DNA of 64,000 nucleotides from an uncultured Verrucomicrobiae bacterium (GCA_963744965.1 CAVUVT010000002.1:79440-143439); one strand, 5' to 3'. Shown: positions 29,727 through 40,655, counted from the first letter of the stretch. Numbers and translations are program-made. Notes: a model not told the origin generated them from the sequence alone.

Positions 29727-30250
29727 TCAAGCCTCCGGTGGAAATGGCTCATCAAGCAACGCATGGTGGAATCGGCCCTCGTAAAGGTCCAGGCCATCCA
29801 AGAACCGTGCGAAGTTGTGGTGCCCCATAAAACCGGCAAGCCCGCGACAGCCCACTTGTAAGCGTCAAAATTCGCGGCCAATGGAAGAAGCGGTACGAGC
29901 ATTTTTGCTCCATCCGAAGCCAAAGCCGCAAACTCCGCCTGCAAAAATGCTGGACACGAGACGGCACCGGGGCGGTCCGAATTCGCGTAGATAATCCCGG
30001 TGTGAGTCAGCAAAGTAAGCGCGGCTTCTGGCGTCGCCCGGCGCGCAAGCTCGATGAGGTGGGTGGCCACGGCATACATTGCGGTGGAAGTACCTCCTTG
30101 ATGTTGCACCTCGTTGATGAGGTTGCCAAGACGCTCGCTGGACAAGCCACCTGCCTGCTGTGCTTCGGCCAGCCAAACAACGACATCCTCTGTGCCGCCG
30201 TAGCTGCTTTGCAACTCACTCCATCGAGGGTCTGTCAGTGATATTGGCAT
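29727..30250 (-). pseudogene. Second copy of the immunity-like gene with a 1-bp deletion near 29841
   Basis: gcccc>gccc relative to copy 1; homology continues out of frame to TGA at 29727. Confidence 0.75.
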
Positions 30251-30359
30251 ATGTGATGTTGAACGCCGCGTCCGCGACTCCTACCACGATTGCCTCGGCT
30301 CCCCCCGGAATTTCAATCGCTCTCCAACCCGGCGAATCGCGCAATGATACGCCAATGTC

Positions 30360-30821
30360 TCATGGTCGCATTTCACGTCCACTCGGCTCTGTCTCAAGGA
30401 CAGACTCGTGCAGACCACTGATTGCGGCTATTGGTTTTCCATTTTTATCTACTTCAAACAACCGCCAGGCGACATCGCCGACTTCATCCTCTAAGTTTCC
30501 TGGATCGTCCAAAAGATAACAAAACGCCGACAATAATCTCCACTGCATCACCCGAACAACAGTTGTCAGATCTTCCTCGCTTGCGCCCTTCTCCCGCAGT
30601 CGTTGAAGAGCAGCAGTGATTGCACTTCCTGGATTCGATGAGTCGGTATTTGCTTGCATCCAAGTTCGATCATCTGGGCTGACAACGAGCTTCCATGCTT
30701 GACGCAAGAAGAGAAACCTAGCGAGTTGAGGAATATTTTCATCCAACTGCGACTTGGCCCACTGCTCTGGATTTCGAGCGCCGAGTCCAGCAAATAGCGT
30801 GATGAGTTCCTGCCTATTCAT
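30360..30821 (-). CDS. Hypothetical (immunity-like) protein
   Basis: Co-oriented, downstream of the RHS gene. Confidence 0.7.
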   Translation of the reverse strand: MNRQELITLFAGLGARNPEQWAKSQLDENIPQLARFLFLRQAWKLVVSPDDRTWMQANTDSSNPGSAITAALQRLREKGASEEDLTTVVRVMQWRLLSAFCYLLDDPGNLEDEVGDVAWRLFEVDKNGKPIAAISGLHESVLETEPSGREMRP

Positions 30822-31503
30822 GTCCATCCAGTTTGAACCGCTCCGGGTGTTGATGCATTAACCGCATCTGAGCGTTGTGTGCTTCATTCAGGCGGCGCTG
30901 AGCGTACTTCCATGCAGACGGCATGTCTGGATGATATTCATCAAACCAAATCTCAAACGGCCCATCGTAGCGGCCCGAGAATCGAGGAAAATCATTCGTT
31001 GGAACTATCTCCAAAAGAATCAAGCGACCTCTGCGAAATTCAGACATAGCTTGCATAGCACCCGCTTGACTAGCCATGTGGTCAAGCGACTTCTTCAACC
31101 AGAAGTTCTGCCAAAGTAAACACAATACAAGTACGATACAAATGGTTAGCGCAACACTTAAAAACACGGTTGCCTTTCCACACTTATTTAGAGCGTTCTC
31201 GTTGGTTGAGGATATTCTTGCACGACTTGTCAGGAATGCTATTAGGGACAACACAGCCGGCAGACACGACACCAAGATTCCGAGCCACCAGAATGCTTTC
31301 ACATCTTCGTCCAATGGATCAAAACTCACTGCAAACAGAATGAGCAATGGGGTTGTCCCCAAAAGGACTGCCCTCGACATCCGATAAGCGTAAGGCGCAT
31401 ATTTGGGTGCAAACGACAACGGGATGCAAAGAACTGAAGCCACAAGCGCAATGAAGACCGATATGGCCCAGACCAGACCGAAATGTTCAGAATAGAGTTT
31501 CAT
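30814..31503 (-). CDS. Membrane protein (4 TM), AT-rich
   Basis: Hydrophobic segments; overlaps the next gene. Confidence 0.65.
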   Translation of the reverse strand: MKLYSEHFGLVWAISVFIALVASVLCIPLSFAPKYAPYAYRMSRAVLLGTTPLLILFAVSFDPLDEDVKAFWWLGILVSCLPAVLSLIAFLTSRARISSTNENALNKCGKATVFLSVALTICIVLVLCLLWQNFWLKKSLDHMASQAGAMQAMSEFRRGRLILLEIVPTNDFPRFSGRYDGPFEIWFDEYHPDMPSAWKYAQRRLNEAHNAQMRLMHQHPERFKLDGHE

Positions 31504-31559
31504 CAGACAACATCATTTACTTCGCTTTCTGGAATTTCAACACAGAAACGCAGGGGTCG

Positions 31560-32360
31560 TTAGGCTACTGGATACGTTGGCGTAAATGTCATCCCCGTCA
31601 ATTTCGCGTTAAGAATAGAGCGGTACAACTGTTGTGAAACGAATATGGCTCGAAAACCTGATGCTCCACTCCCAAACCATTCTTCACTCATAAAATAATG
31701 CATTGGAGTCTCATTTGTAATTCCTGGGAAGAAACCTCGGGTTATGGGTAAATACTTCTTTTTGCCACATCGAGAACAAATGTTGTAAGGATATGATTCC
31801 AATTGACAACCACAAGCTTTTATTCCTTGTGGAATAAGCTGAACAATTGATTTTAATTTCTTAGATGATGGATATTCCAGCACTTCCAATGAAGGAATAT
31901 CAAATGGTTTAAAAACGCTTTGCCAAACATCTGGAAGGCAAAAAAATACGTCAAATACCCAATTCAGTTGTAGAATCTGTTTTTTCTTCCATTGTGGTTC
32001 ACCTTTGATTTTGAACGGAGCAGCTTGAATTACTCCACAGCCGCACAATGGGCAGAGGCAATCAGCTTTATACGTTGCCGCCAAATACCCACGTTTAGTT
32101 TCTGGTTGCGGATAACCCAAATGCCATGCTGGTTCCATTTTAAGAAAAGATGCCTCGGAAAGCTCTGTTGAGGCAAACCCAGTCGTTACAACATCCACCG
32201 CTCCCCATTCTTGAATTTTATGCTGAAGCGGTTTCCACGACGATACGCTTTCGTCTATATCAAATGACGCAAAACCGAGAGACACCTCAACCCCGAAGTC
32301 TGATAATTCAGACCTCACTTTATCATCTACGGTGAGCGAAATTCTGTGAATAATCCTCAT
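31560..32360 (-). CDS. Putative cognate immunity protein (double CxxCG)
   Basis: Starts immediately after the toxin stop; CPLCG and CSRCG; AT-rich. Confidence 0.75.
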   Translation of the reverse strand: MRIIHRISLTVDDKVRSELSDFGVEVSLGFASFDIDESVSSWKPLQHKIQEWGAVDVVTTGFASTELSEASFLKMEPAWHLGYPQPETKRGYLAATYKADCLCPLCGCGVIQAAPFKIKGEPQWKKKQILQLNWVFDVFFCLPDVWQSVFKPFDIPSLEVLEYPSSKKLKSIVQLIPQGIKACGCQLESYPYNICSRCGKKKYLPITRGFFPGITNETPMHYFMSEEWFGSGASGFRAIFVSQQLYRSILNAKLTGMTFTPTYPVA

Positions 32361-35300
32361 TTATTTGAATTCATTTTGTGCTGATTTCAACAATTCAGGA
32401 TAATTTTTGTATATTTGCTGCGCAGCAGCACGAACCTGTTCAACTGTAGCATTGGCAGTGCCCTGTCCATATGGGATAGCCTGTCGCCACGCCTTGGTGA
32501 AAGCAGCGTGCTCCGCCCGAGTTAGTGCAACAGCGGACATATCTCCAGCATCTTTTCCTAACAACGCCGCGAATCGTTGTTCTATTATATGATGCGCTTC
32601 TAGGCCTGTGCCAGAAGTTAATTTTCTAAGGTCATTGTATGATTTTATGCCGAATTCCGATGCCCGTGAAAATTGCGATAACCCCTGCTTTGCAGTTTGA
32701 CCTTCGGCAACGATTTCCGCCTTTTCTATGGTTGTTCCTCCTGCTGCCATCCTAGCCTCAGGAGCGACGATACTCGCTTCAACGGTAATGTAAGCACTCG
32801 CCATTCCTCCCGCAGCATGCGCTCCGGCTGTGACTGCCCCAAGATCGTTAGCGGTTGGAATTGCATTTTTTCGGCGCGCATCCATGAACTGCGTGTAGTT
32901 ACCATACTCTGTGTGCGCCCGTACCATCTCATCAACTGCCCACTGACCCTTAACCTCTTCCCACCACGGAACCCATGAATGCCCACTTGGGTCGGTATAT
33001 CGCAGTGGATTATTGAGGACATAGCTGTAACGATTGTAACTCTGTGGATTGCCGAGGTTGGGAATGATGTCATCCGGTTGAATAAACCGTCCTAGTTCAG
33101 GGTCGTAATATCTGGCGTTGTAATAGTACAACCCTGTTTCATCGTCCTTGATCTGGCCGGTAAATTGACGGGAAACTTGAAAAGTTCCCGATTGTGATGC
33201 TGTCGTCTGTATTCGCCCAAACGGGTAATAAACATTTGTCTCTTGAACTGTAACTCCCGAACCACTCAACACACAGGACGAATTCAAATTGTCCTCATGG
33301 TAGTAATACCCGACATTAGTCGTGACGCTGCCCCCATTGAGCACTGAGGTCGGCTCAAACGTACAGACCAGTTGGCCTCCCGCATAAACATGGAAAAGCG
33401 TCTTGTCGCCCTTTTCCTCATAATTGTTTCCGATCCACACCTGGACGTTGGTCGCACTCTGGTCTATGCGCTTCCATAGCCGCGCGCCATTTGCCGCGTA
33501 GCCGTATTCAACCACGATTTGTCCTGCCTGCGAGAACATCTTCAAATGATTTTCAGCGTCATAGACCATCGCCTGCGAATTGGTCAGGCCGCCGTGTCGC
33601 ACAATCATGTTGCCGCACAAATCGTAAAGATTGGTGTAGCCGAAAGCGGTCCTGACCGCCTGTTTGCGGGGGTTGGCATAGCTGTAAGCAACGGCACTGC
33701 CGCTCTCGATGTTGGTAGTCATGTTCCCAACCGAATCATAACCATAGTTGCCGGAGGGTCCTGTATAAGCCTTGATACGATGCAAATTGTCATACGTCAC
33801 GTTGACCGTCCCGCTGATGCCCGTCCCACTCAAAGAAGCGATGTCGTCATTCGTTGTGTAGGTATAGGCCCGGTTGAACACCGAGCCGCCTGAACCGGAG
33901 GAGATATTTTGCAGACGTTTAGACACGGAGTAATAACTGCGGGTGGTCGTTAAAGTGTTTCCATACGTGAATTGCGTCACGTGCCCGAACTCATCAATAT
34001 TGGCGGCATTCACCGTGTAATAATAACCGCTCCCGCCACTGCGCGACACTTGCTGGAGGCTCCCGCCGGTAAAATAGGAATTGGTGATCGTCGGGCCAGA
34101 GTTCGGATAAGTAATTGTCGCTACTTTATCGCCGTCATTGTAGGTGTAACTGTTGGTGTAAGTCTGGTTATTGATATTCAGGTGGCGTGCGGTCTTGATT
34201 ATGCGCGCGAAGGAATCGTACCCAGTTTTCTCCCAGCCCTCGCCGTCGGTCACTTTGTAGAGCAGCCCTGGAAACATCGTGAAGTTGCCGTCGTCACTGT
34301 TGTCATACGTGTACGTGTTGGTGGAAGCCGGGACCAGAACATGATTGGTGTAGTTGGTGCCAAAGACCGTCTGCACTTGCAGGCGGCCCAGCGGGTCCTG
34401 TTGGCCAGAGGCGTTGACATAGGAATTGGAAACCACGTCGCCGCGTGCGTCGGTTTGCACCCGCAGCCGGCCTACGTAATCACGCACGTAAGTCCACTGG
34501 CCCAGATGTGGATCGGCCATCGCAACCAAGCCGCCAACGTCGTTGTACGCATAATAAATGCTTTGGGTGTTGGCATTGACGATATTGGTCAGGTTATTGG
34601 CAAGGTCATATTTCAGCGTGGTGGTGTAGATGCTGCTGCCGTCCACTTCCTGAATCTGATTAGTCCGCCCGAAAGCATCCAGGCCATAGCGGCGGACCTT
34701 GCCGTCTTCGTCGGTGCAGACAACCCACCAAGGGTCGGAGCCGCTCGCATAGCTCCACGTCCTAGCCGCCATAGGAGAGGAAGTCCCATCTCCAGTCAGG
34801 TCCGTCTTGCTGCTGAATGCGCCGTTCGCATCGAACGTGACGCTCACGGGACGGTTGGTCGCCACGCGACCGGGAGCATCATATCCAACCCAGGAAGCCG
34901 TCAGGCCGGAGGCAGGTTTGCTGAAACTGATTGAGTTTATAAAAACTGGCCATGTGGTCAAAAAGGCGTCGCCGCGCTCGTCGTAGGCGATGGCAATCAT
35001 ACGATAATTTCCGTTCTCGCCTTGAGCCCGCGTTTGAATTGGCCGGCCCAAACCGTCAATGTAAGTCCGGCTTTCCACACCACCGACGCCATCGTTGACA
35101 ATCACGTCCGTGTAATTGGTCGCCAGACCGGAGACGATGGGTTTCAGTATGGCCGGGTAGCTGTACTTCTTCATCCAAATGCTCGAACCGCCGCCCGCCG
35201 GAATCCTGTCGCTCTCCACCGGCCGGCAGAAAGCGTCGAAAGTATTGGTTACGGTAACGCCCGTCGGGTCGGTGGATGCGGCCAGCAAACCCGAACGCGC

Positions 35301-38300
35301 ATCGTAGGTCGTCGCGGTGGTGAAACTGCCCCCAACAATTGTTGTCGCTGGGTAAGTGTTATAGGTGGAGTCGTAAGTAATGGTTGTCTGCACGCCAACC
35401 GGGTCGGTCGTCTGGCCGACCATCCCATACAAATTGTAATTGCCGTAACTGTTGGTGGCATAGTAGCCGGCGGAAATTCGGGTCAACTTGGTGGCGATGG
35501 TGCCGCTTCCTGAATTGTAAGTGTAATCGGTTTCCTGAACGACATTGTTGTTCCCGTCGGTGAGCGTGACCTTGTCCGGGTGGTCAACGATGTAAGTACC
35601 AATGGTCGTGAAATGCGTGCTATAGTATTTGGTATCGGCGGCGTTATCCGTGAAGGAAAAGTTGCCGACGTTGGCGGGATTGAAACCGCTCACCTCGCCA
35701 TAAACAATTTTATTGGTCAGGTTGCCGGTGGACGTGTCATAAACAAACTGAGTTGCCGTGACTCGATTGGTTGTGCCACTGTCATAATCGCACTCGAACG
35801 TTGTCTGAACGAACGGAAAATAGCGGCCATTCCCCAAGCTGGCCTGATTCACCTGATTGACGGTGACGTGATAAAGGTTGTTGTCATTGCCGTAGGTTTC
35901 AACCCGATAGGCTATGCCGTCCTTGGCAAAATTGCCGGGGTCAAGATATTCACCCAGGTTGGTGCGGCTCTGTCCGCCGCCCTGATGGAAATAATGCACT
36001 GTCCGCCGGTTGAAGGAAGCTGCAATAGGCTCCGGTGGATTGGTGACGGTGACCATTGCAAAGCCGTGAAACTCCCGGCGAACACCGTCATAAAATCCGC
36101 CCAAATAACCGTAAGAGTTGGTGCGCGGCGGGTTGATGCCATCGGACTCAATGACCGTGGCAGCCGTCTGTTTGACGAAGGGCAACAGACTTCCGCCATT
36201 GGGATTATTCGGGTCCCGGTAATTTGGGTAGGCCGTGGACGGCAGATACTTTACGGCGACGTTGCCGCCAATGCCGTTGGCGATGTTGGTGAGCAAATCC
36301 GGGACCGGCCCGTTGTTCAACTGAACCTTGAAGCCGTAATAGTAATGGTCAACGGTGTTGTTGTAATCGTCCATGACCCGATCCAGCAGCCCGTCGCCGT
36401 TAATGTCCATTAAAGTCACCACGGTGTTGCCGTAATAACTACTCTGAATGCCCCACCAGCCGGGATCGCTGGTTTGGCCCTGCGAGTCAATGTTGGTCAC
36501 CACGATGGGATTGGCGTCAAAACCGTGGCCATTGTTCAGGTAAACGAGCCAACTCTTGGCAACTGTGCCGTAGTTGGTGTCGTTGAGCATGACGCGATCA
36601 GGCAGGCCATCGCCATTGAGATCATACAGACCCACGTAGGGCAGGTTCTGGATTTCGGCGTAGTCGGCATTGCCGCTAATCTGCGGATTGACCCCCAGCC
36701 ATTGGTCGGCCCGGCCGCCAATCGCTGTCGAAGTATTGACCGCTTCAAAGGCATAACCATTGTCGTACTCCACCGCAAAATAGGTTCGCGCCGTATTGGC
36801 CACCGGATTGATGGGGCTGCTGGGATTGATCGGCAACATGACGCGGTCGGGTAGTCCGTCGCCGTTGATGTCAACCATGTGAACGTAATTGGGCGAGCCG
36901 AGATTTTCGAGGCCGGCCCAATAATAGGAGTTGGGGTCCGTGTTCCAGTTCTGGCTGTAATAGGGGCCGAACTGCTTGGCCACGGTAAAATTGGTTCCGG
37001 TGTTAAACTGCACCAGGAAATTGGTCATCGGCCCCTGGGTATAATAGGTGGACAGCACCCGGTCCGGCAGTCCGTCGCCGTTGAGGTCGAAAAGCCCAGC
37101 ATTGACGCCGCCGGCTTCGATGCAATCAAAGAGGGTCGCGTCATTCCCGGCGACCGCCGTGCCGGGGCCGGGATTGATGTTGGTCCACCCAACGACCGAC
37201 GCGAATCCACTCCCGGTGTTCAACATGACATCGAAATTGGTGTAGCAGGACGGGTTGAAACTGCTGTAAGTATTGAAGTAATACCAGTAATACCAGGAAT
37301 CGCACACCCGGTCGGGCAGGCCGTCCCCGTTAATATCCCGCAGGCGGACGTTGGGCGAATTCAAAGAGGACCAATAGGTGCTGCTCGGAATGGGATTGCC
37401 TGCCGAAGGGTTCCCGGTGCCGCCGGTCGCAGTGGGACCAAAGGCATACCGGCTGCCAAACGTGCCGTTGCCATTGGCCTGCATTCCCAGGTTGCGTTGC
37501 ACCTGATATTGGTTGGGCGTGGTGGTGGTGTCATACGCCACCCGGTCGGGCAATCCATCCCCGTCTATGTCCACCAGATCAGCTATCACGTAATTGTCCG
37601 GCGTGTACTCATCTGTCACAAACGGCTGATAGGTGAGGCCGTCCGGCGAGGTCAGGGTCAAATTGGTCCAGGTGATGGTCGAGCCAAACGACACCGCCGA
37701 CCCCTGAAAGGCAAAGCTGTTGGTCAACAGGACGGAGGCGTTGTTGTTGGCGTCGAAGCCTGACACAATGACGTTCGTCAGCAGCGAGCGGTCGGTCGCC
37801 GGAGAGATGCCGTATCTCAAGCGATAGTTCCAGACATTCTGTGAACCGACCTGGCACAGGATGTTGGTCAGTCTCCGGTCGAATTCCGTTCGAAATCCAG
37901 AGCGGTAGGAAAAGTGCCAGTCATTGGGCCGCAATTCGGTTTGAAAGATAATTTTATTCGCGCCGCCAACGTTGGCCGAATAATTATAATTGGTGTGACC
38001 GTTGTAGGTGATTTGGGTGGGATAAAGCGTTTTTTCCGCCGCGCCGGAATAGGGGCTGGTGTAGCTGGTATAGGCAATAGTGGTCCAATCTCCGGTGGCG
38101 GTGACGATCTGATCCAGCGCCCAGCGGAAGGTGGCGCTATAACCGCTCCAGCCGGTCTTGGTATTATCCATTCGGGAACCGCTGGTACCGGAAGTTTGCC
38201 CGAAATAATAGATATTCCCGCTTTTATCATAAACCAGCCAGCGGTTGTTGGCGGTATCGAGAACGCAGTGGAGATAGTCGGTGTCCACCTCGGCGTCATA

Positions 38301-38768
38301 TTCATTGGTTGTTGCCGTCGGCAGCAGTTTGTATTCTTTGCCGAATAGATTCAGCATGAATCCTTTGCTGCCGTCGTATTGATTCAACGGCGCGGGTGGC
38401 GAGGCCGTCGAATACTTGATGGGAAAACCGTCCTTGGTGTTTCGTTCGATATAGCCGATGTCCAGCTTCCAGCCCATGCCGCACCAACCATTCTCGTCGC
38501 CGGAGCAATACGTCAGGGCCAGATTCGGCTCCGAACCATTTCTGGCCGGCGCACAGGAAATGGGAATCGAATACTTGAAAGCGCCAGTAAAGAGGTCCAC
38601 CTGCTCATGCCCACGTTTGCCGGTCAGATCATTGGCTTGAATCTGCTGGTCGGAAGCACTGGTCGGCGGGGCCGGATTCGGATTGTTACCAGGGGTTTGC
38701 GCTAGACTGCTGACTGTCCACAGCACAATGATTCCGAGTGAAAACCGCTTCATGTTTTTAGATTTCAT
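32361..38768 (-). CDS. SpvB/FG-GAP/YD-RHS polymorphic toxin with C-terminal HNH-like (AHH) nuclease
   Basis: Signal peptide, GWCGMGW, DINGDGLPD repeats, YYYNARYYDP, PLRYTDPSG, tip LEAHHIIEQR..EH. Confidence 0.9.
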   Translation of the reverse strand: MKSKNMKRFSLGIIVLWTVSSLAQTPGNNPNPAPPTSASDQQIQANDLTGKRGHEQVDLFTGAFKYSIPISCAPARNGSEPNLALTYCSGDENGWCGMGWKLDIGYIERNTKDGFPIKYSTASPPAPLNQYDGSKGFMLNLFGKEYKLLPTATTNEYDAEVDTDYLHCVLDTANNRWLVYDKSGNIYYFGQTSGTSGSRMDNTKTGWSGYSATFRWALDQIVTATGDWTTIAYTSYTSPYSGAAEKTLYPTQITYNGHTNYNYSANVGGANKIIFQTELRPNDWHFSYRSGFRTEFDRRLTNILCQVGSQNVWNYRLRYGISPATDRSLLTNVIVSGFDANNNASVLLTNSFAFQGSAVSFGSTITWTNLTLTSPDGLTYQPFVTDEYTPDNYVIADLVDIDGDGLPDRVAYDTTTTPNQYQVQRNLGMQANGNGTFGSRYAFGPTATGGTGNPSAGNPIPSSTYWSSLNSPNVRLRDINGDGLPDRVCDSWYYWYYFNTYSSFNPSCYTNFDVMLNTGSGFASVVGWTNINPGPGTAVAGNDATLFDCIEAGGVNAGLFDLNGDGLPDRVLSTYYTQGPMTNFLVQFNTGTNFTVAKQFGPYYSQNWNTDPNSYYWAGLENLGSPNYVHMVDINGDGLPDRVMLPINPSSPINPVANTARTYFAVEYDNGYAFEAVNTSTAIGGRADQWLGVNPQISGNADYAEIQNLPYVGLYDLNGDGLPDRVMLNDTNYGTVAKSWLVYLNNGHGFDANPIVVTNIDSQGQTSDPGWWGIQSSYYGNTVVTLMDINGDGLLDRVMDDYNNTVDHYYYGFKVQLNNGPVPDLLTNIANGIGGNVAVKYLPSTAYPNYRDPNNPNGGSLLPFVKQTAATVIESDGINPPRTNSYGYLGGFYDGVRREFHGFAMVTVTNPPEPIAASFNRRTVHYFHQGGGQSRTNLGEYLDPGNFAKDGIAYRVETYGNDNNLYHVTVNQVNQASLGNGRYFPFVQTTFECDYDSGTTNRVTATQFVYDTSTGNLTNKIVYGEVSGFNPANVGNFSFTDNAADTKYYSTHFTTIGTYIVDHPDKVTLTDGNNNVVQETDYTYNSGSGTIATKLTRISAGYYATNSYGNYNLYGMVGQTTDPVGVQTTITYDSTYNTYPATTIVGGSFTTATTYDARSGLLAASTDPTGVTVTNTFDAFCRPVESDRIPAGGGSSIWMKKYSYPAILKPIVSGLATNYTDVIVNDGVGGVESRTYIDGLGRPIQTRAQGENGNYRMIAIAYDERGDAFLTTWPVFINSISFSKPASGLTASWVGYDAPGRVATNRPVSVTFDANGAFSSKTDLTGDGTSSPMAARTWSYASGSDPWWVVCTDEDGKVRRYGLDAFGRTNQIQEVDGSSIYTTTLKYDLANNLTNIVNANTQSIYYAYNDVGGLVAMADPHLGQWTYVRDYVGRLRVQTDARGDVVSNSYVNASGQQDPLGRLQVQTVFGTNYTNHVLVPASTNTYTYDNSDDGNFTMFPGLLYKVTDGEGWEKTGYDSFARIIKTARHLNINNQTYTNSYTYNDGDKVATITYPNSGPTITNSYFTGGSLQQVSRSGGSGYYYTVNAANIDEFGHVTQFTYGNTLTTTRSYYSVSKRLQNISSGSGGSVFNRAYTYTTNDDIASLSGTGISGTVNVTYDNLHRIKAYTGPSGNYGYDSVGNMTTNIESGSAVAYSYANPRKQAVRTAFGYTNLYDLCGNMIVRHGGLTNSQAMVYDAENHLKMFSQAGQIVVEYGYAANGARLWKRIDQSATNVQVWIGNNYEEKGDKTLFHVYAGGQLVCTFEPTSVLNGGSVTTNVGYYYHEDNLNSSCVLSGSGVTVQETNVYYPFGRIQTTASQSGTFQVSRQFTGQIKDDETGLYYYNARYYDPELGRFIQPDDIIPNLGNPQSYNRYSYVLNNPLRYTDPSGHSWVPWWEEVKGQWAVDEMVRAHTEYGNYTQFMDARRKNAIPTANDLGAVTAGAHAAGGMASAYITVEASIVAPEARMAAGGTTIEKAEIVAEGQTAKQGLSQFSRASEFGIKSYNDLRKLTSGTGLEAHHIIEQRFAALLGKDAGDMSAVALTRAEHAAFTKAWRQAIPYGQGTANATVEQVRAAAQQIYKNYPELLKSAQNEFK

Positions 38769-38796
38769 AAATTGATTGGATTGTTCGCTCTGAGGT

Positions 38797-40434
38797 TTAC
38801 GGGGTTGGGTTTTTGCTGTAGGTGGGTAAACCCAAAGCGCCGGAGCCGGCCATACTTTCGTACAAATCCGGCAACCCATCGCCGTCCGCGTCCAGCTTCC
38901 AGGTGGGATTGTTTGTCAGCATATTACCACCAAACGCTGCCTCCATGAGATTGGCCAACCCGTCCCCGCTGTAATCTTCATAAGCGTCGCTGACCGCGTT
39001 CGTGTTTGAATCCCATACCGTGGGGTTGTAACCCGCCGAGCGCATCAAAAATTCCTGATAATTACTCAGGCCGTCGCCATCAGGGTCCGCATTGGGGTCA
39101 ACGTAGACGTGCCCGAAATACAGGATTTCCCAGCCGTCGCTCATGCCCGTGCCGTCGGTGGAATAAACATTTGGATTGAGCTTTGCGACCAGCAGTTTGT
39201 AGGCATCCGTCAAACCGTCTTGAGTCGAATCTTGCGGCGTCCCCAAAATCAGGAAACACGCGGTGGGCGGCAGATTGCTCAGCAAATAGGTGTTCCCTTG
39301 AAAACCCTGTCCCATCCAACTCCAAGGGATGCCATTGGTGCCAAAAGAAAGCACGGAATTTGCAAAACAATCATACGGAACATTGTTTGAACCACCCTGA
39401 ATGGTGAATTGCAGCACCATATTGTTCGTACCGCTCCCGTTTGCCGTGGCCACGACATTCGTAATCCAGACATTTGAACTGGTGATGCCCGGCCCCGAAC
39501 CAAACGGTTGCAGATAGCCCGGCCCGGTGATTACGTCCGGCACTGCGCCATTAGTCGCGGATGTCGGCGCGGAAACAATGTTAAACATGGCCTGGTTCCA
39601 CGGACTGATCTCGTAATAGGTGTAATCCTGGTTGAAGATGTTTTGAACGTCATTGGAATTGAGCGGATAATTGTAAGTCGCCACCGTGTTGAACAAACCC
39701 TGCGCGTCCATCTGGCCGTTGGTGTCGCTGCCGAAAAATACGCCGTTGGAAAGCACTTCTGAACCCGGCCAGACACTCAAGCCGCCGGGGTCGTTGGTGG
39801 CAAGCTGACCGTCAATATAGATACAAATATCTGTGCTACAGTATGTCATGGCGATGAAGTGGAAATAGTTTGTGGTCCAGGACACCGGAGTCGAAAGGGT
39901 GTAGGTATTTCCCGCCCCGTCCTGCGCCACGAACCAAAGGTTTTCGCCGGGCGGATCAATGGAAAGCCCCCAATAACCATACGAAGAATTCGTCGTCCAT
40001 TCGCCCACGTCAATCAGTTCCGCCCACTGGCCCGGCCCGGTTCCGCCGACGTTGGTGCTCGACCAGTCCGCTGGCGCATACCAGAAGGTAACGCTTCCCG
40101 GCGCATTGACCACCAGATTGGTCGCGCCGGTGCCTGGCTCGTAGATGTTGTAGTTCAACCAGGCGGGAACGTTGGTGTTCACCACCAGCGAGTTTCCGTC
40201 ACCGAGTTGAGAGAACGAGATGTTCGAGAACGAAATCGGGGCGTTGCTCTCGTCGTCTGTCCAGTTCGTGTGGTCGTTGAAAGACCACGAATCCAGCGGC
40301 GTGTTGGTCGGGCCGCCTTTGCCCGGCGGCGGCATTTGCGCGTGAACCATCTGTGCCAGAGAACAGAGGAGAATCACAGGGATTATTAGCCTGAATAACT
40401 GGTATTTTAATTTAATGTGATTAACAGTCTTCAT
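38797..40434 (-). CDS. Secreted LamG-like protein with Ca-binding DxDGDGL repeats
   Basis: Signal peptide, HFIAMTY..IYIDGQL, DPDGDGLSNYQE. Confidence 0.8.
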   Translation of the reverse strand: MKTVNHIKLKYQLFRLIIPVILLCSLAQMVHAQMPPPGKGGPTNTPLDSWSFNDHTNWTDDESNAPISFSNISFSQLGDGNSLVVNTNVPAWLNYNIYEPGTGATNLVVNAPGSVTFWYAPADWSSTNVGGTGPGQWAELIDVGEWTTNSSYGYWGLSIDPPGENLWFVAQDGAGNTYTLSTPVSWTTNYFHFIAMTYCSTDICIYIDGQLATNDPGGLSVWPGSEVLSNGVFFGSDTNGQMDAQGLFNTVATYNYPLNSNDVQNIFNQDYTYYEISPWNQAMFNIVSAPTSATNGAVPDVITGPGYLQPFGSGPGITSSNVWITNVVATANGSGTNNMVLQFTIQGGSNNVPYDCFANSVLSFGTNGIPWSWMGQGFQGNTYLLSNLPPTACFLILGTPQDSTQDGLTDAYKLLVAKLNPNVYSTDGTGMSDGWEILYFGHVYVDPNADPDGDGLSNYQEFLMRSAGYNPTVWDSNTNAVSDAYEDYSGDGLANLMEAAFGGNMLTNNPTWKLDADGDGLPDLYESMAGSGALGLPTYSKNPTP

Positions 40435-40655
40435 AGATTACCTTTTGGAAGTTGACTCCCCTTTTGCGCCCGCAACTCGGCTGGATTCGCCAGATTCATC
40501 TGACCATAAAATCTTGCGGCATGATTCCCCATTCAGTCCAGAAGTTTTTCTGTGACCTTTGGGAAACAAGCTGGCGTTCAATTTGAGCCGTTGTCTGCCG
40601 TTGTCAACCCTTTTTCGCCATGTGTTCATAACTTTGCTTTGGCAGCCTTACATGA

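Noticed and set aside
31504..31566. Integron attC site (GCCTAAC at the immunity gene stop; also CCTAAC near 26845)
   Set aside because: No matching GTTRRRY end or palindromic body, and no integron integrase
33972..37763. Long + strand ORFs (277-320 aa)
   Set aside because: Antisense shadows of the RHS gene caused by codon bias
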